From the NCBI GenBank assembly GCA_047967505.1, contig CM106538.1: a stretch of DNA of 64,000 nucleotides. The stretch is one strand, 5' to 3'. The position numbers were made by a program, and so were the translations under genes. Source of the stretch: Dipteris shenzhenensis (taxonomy: Eukaryota). Positions 63,050 to 64,000 of the stretch are shown in pieces (position 1 is the first letter of the stretch; every line of letters starts with the position of its first letter). A model generated the notes under the pieces. That model was not told where the DNA came from. It worked only from the letters and a program-made list of their open reading frames with translations, and ran no database searches.

Positions 63050-64000
63050 TTCTCCTCGAGCAAAAGACAAATAAATGTGCACATGTGGGCACTGCAGAAT
63101 GCGCGAACATCACACCATTGGGGTGTCCGTCCTCCGAAAGAGACGGAGCACATCCGAACGCAAGCTGATCCGAACCCAAGCTGCTAACTTGAGTAGTGAG
63201 AAGAGAGGTGCATGTGTTCATGTCAAGGTTGGAGGGAAAGTGCTCCGGGAGCACTTTCTCGGGAGGGAAGCCCGAGGAATGCAACGAGCAGCCGTCAGGC
63301 CGCGAGCCACTTTTCCGATGGCTTCTCGACCGGGAAAGTGCGACCGGAGCACTTTTTCGACCGTCGAGGGCCGTTGGGAGGGGGTACCACAATAGTAAAT
63401 GGATTTTATTGGCAATGGGGCGAGTGGGATGGCGGCGCGTCCAGAGAGAGTGTGTGCAGGGCAAGTTGCAAACGGTGCAGATCATCGCAGGGGAAAGATC
63501 TAACGGCTGAGTCGAACGAGGGAGCTGCACTATGTAATAGACATGTGGCGATAGAGCGACGTGTGGCCCTGCGACAACATGGCAGCTGCAAGGTAAATGC
63601 GCATGATCATCAGATGGTTGAGTTGGCAATCCAAAATCGTGTCAATTGTCATTGTCGGTGTTCGTGAATGTGGGTGTGTCAATTGGAAATCGCCTAACCC
63701 AATGAATTTCACTTGATGTACCTTGAGTTGGATGTGGAAGACCCTTTGATCGGAAGGTGGAGATTGATCCTCTACCGACCGAGGCCCTTGAAGGGGATGT
63801 GATGATCGATGGGAGACATAAAGGAAAGGAGGGGGGGGGATAAAGTATTTTTTTTCAAAAGGAGGGATCTGGTGTGAAAGGACTTGGGGTCCCCAACCTG
63901 CTGATCTATTTGTTTTGGCCTTTTGGGCTCTTGATCCCCTTCGTTGTATCCGCGCGCTGCTTCTCTCTTCATTTCGAGCTCGCTTTCAGGTAAGCTTTCC
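63050..64000 (+). promoter_or_regulatory. CpG-rich segment, possible promoter or 5' UTR exon of a gene or young element beyond the window
   Basis: Many CpGs relative to the CpG-poor flanks; pyrimidine-rich stretch ending in a strong donor CAG|GTAAGC at ~63990. Confidence 0.3.

Noticed and set aside
62964-63972. Overlapping 60-220 aa ORFs as genes
   Set aside because: No recognisable domain; long ORFs in several frames are expected in GC-rich sequence.

Overview
A eukaryotic, land-plant-like repeat landscape. A fern or other large-genome plant is plausible but cannot be proven from this window. No intact host gene is present. The window is a stack of nested transposons. (1) A decayed Gypsy element (1-~24300, minus strand) is interrupted by Copia A (669-5682, TSD GGACA), which carries a captured TPR-gene fragment, and by Copia B1 (6703-23057). 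B1 is itself split by a complete 11-kb CACTA element (9278-20285, TSD TCA) with two divergent genes and a ~3.3-kb hairpin satellite. (2) A foldback element (28556-29137). (3) An old Copia C (29442-34371, TSD TCTCT) with further nested LTRs. (4) A LINE remnant (~35700-38000). (5) An intron-containing, pseudogenised DDE transposase (~38070-40940, minus) whose motifs align with the RAG1/Transib catalytic core rather than with CACTA; this is the most unexpected feature. (6) A second, Tat-like Gypsy (~42700-57050) whose extra RNase H is hit by two Copia insertions 25 bp apart: D (43192-49057) and B2 (49083-54062). The last ~5 kb hold an LRR N-terminal gene fragment and a CpG-rich, possibly promoter-like end.
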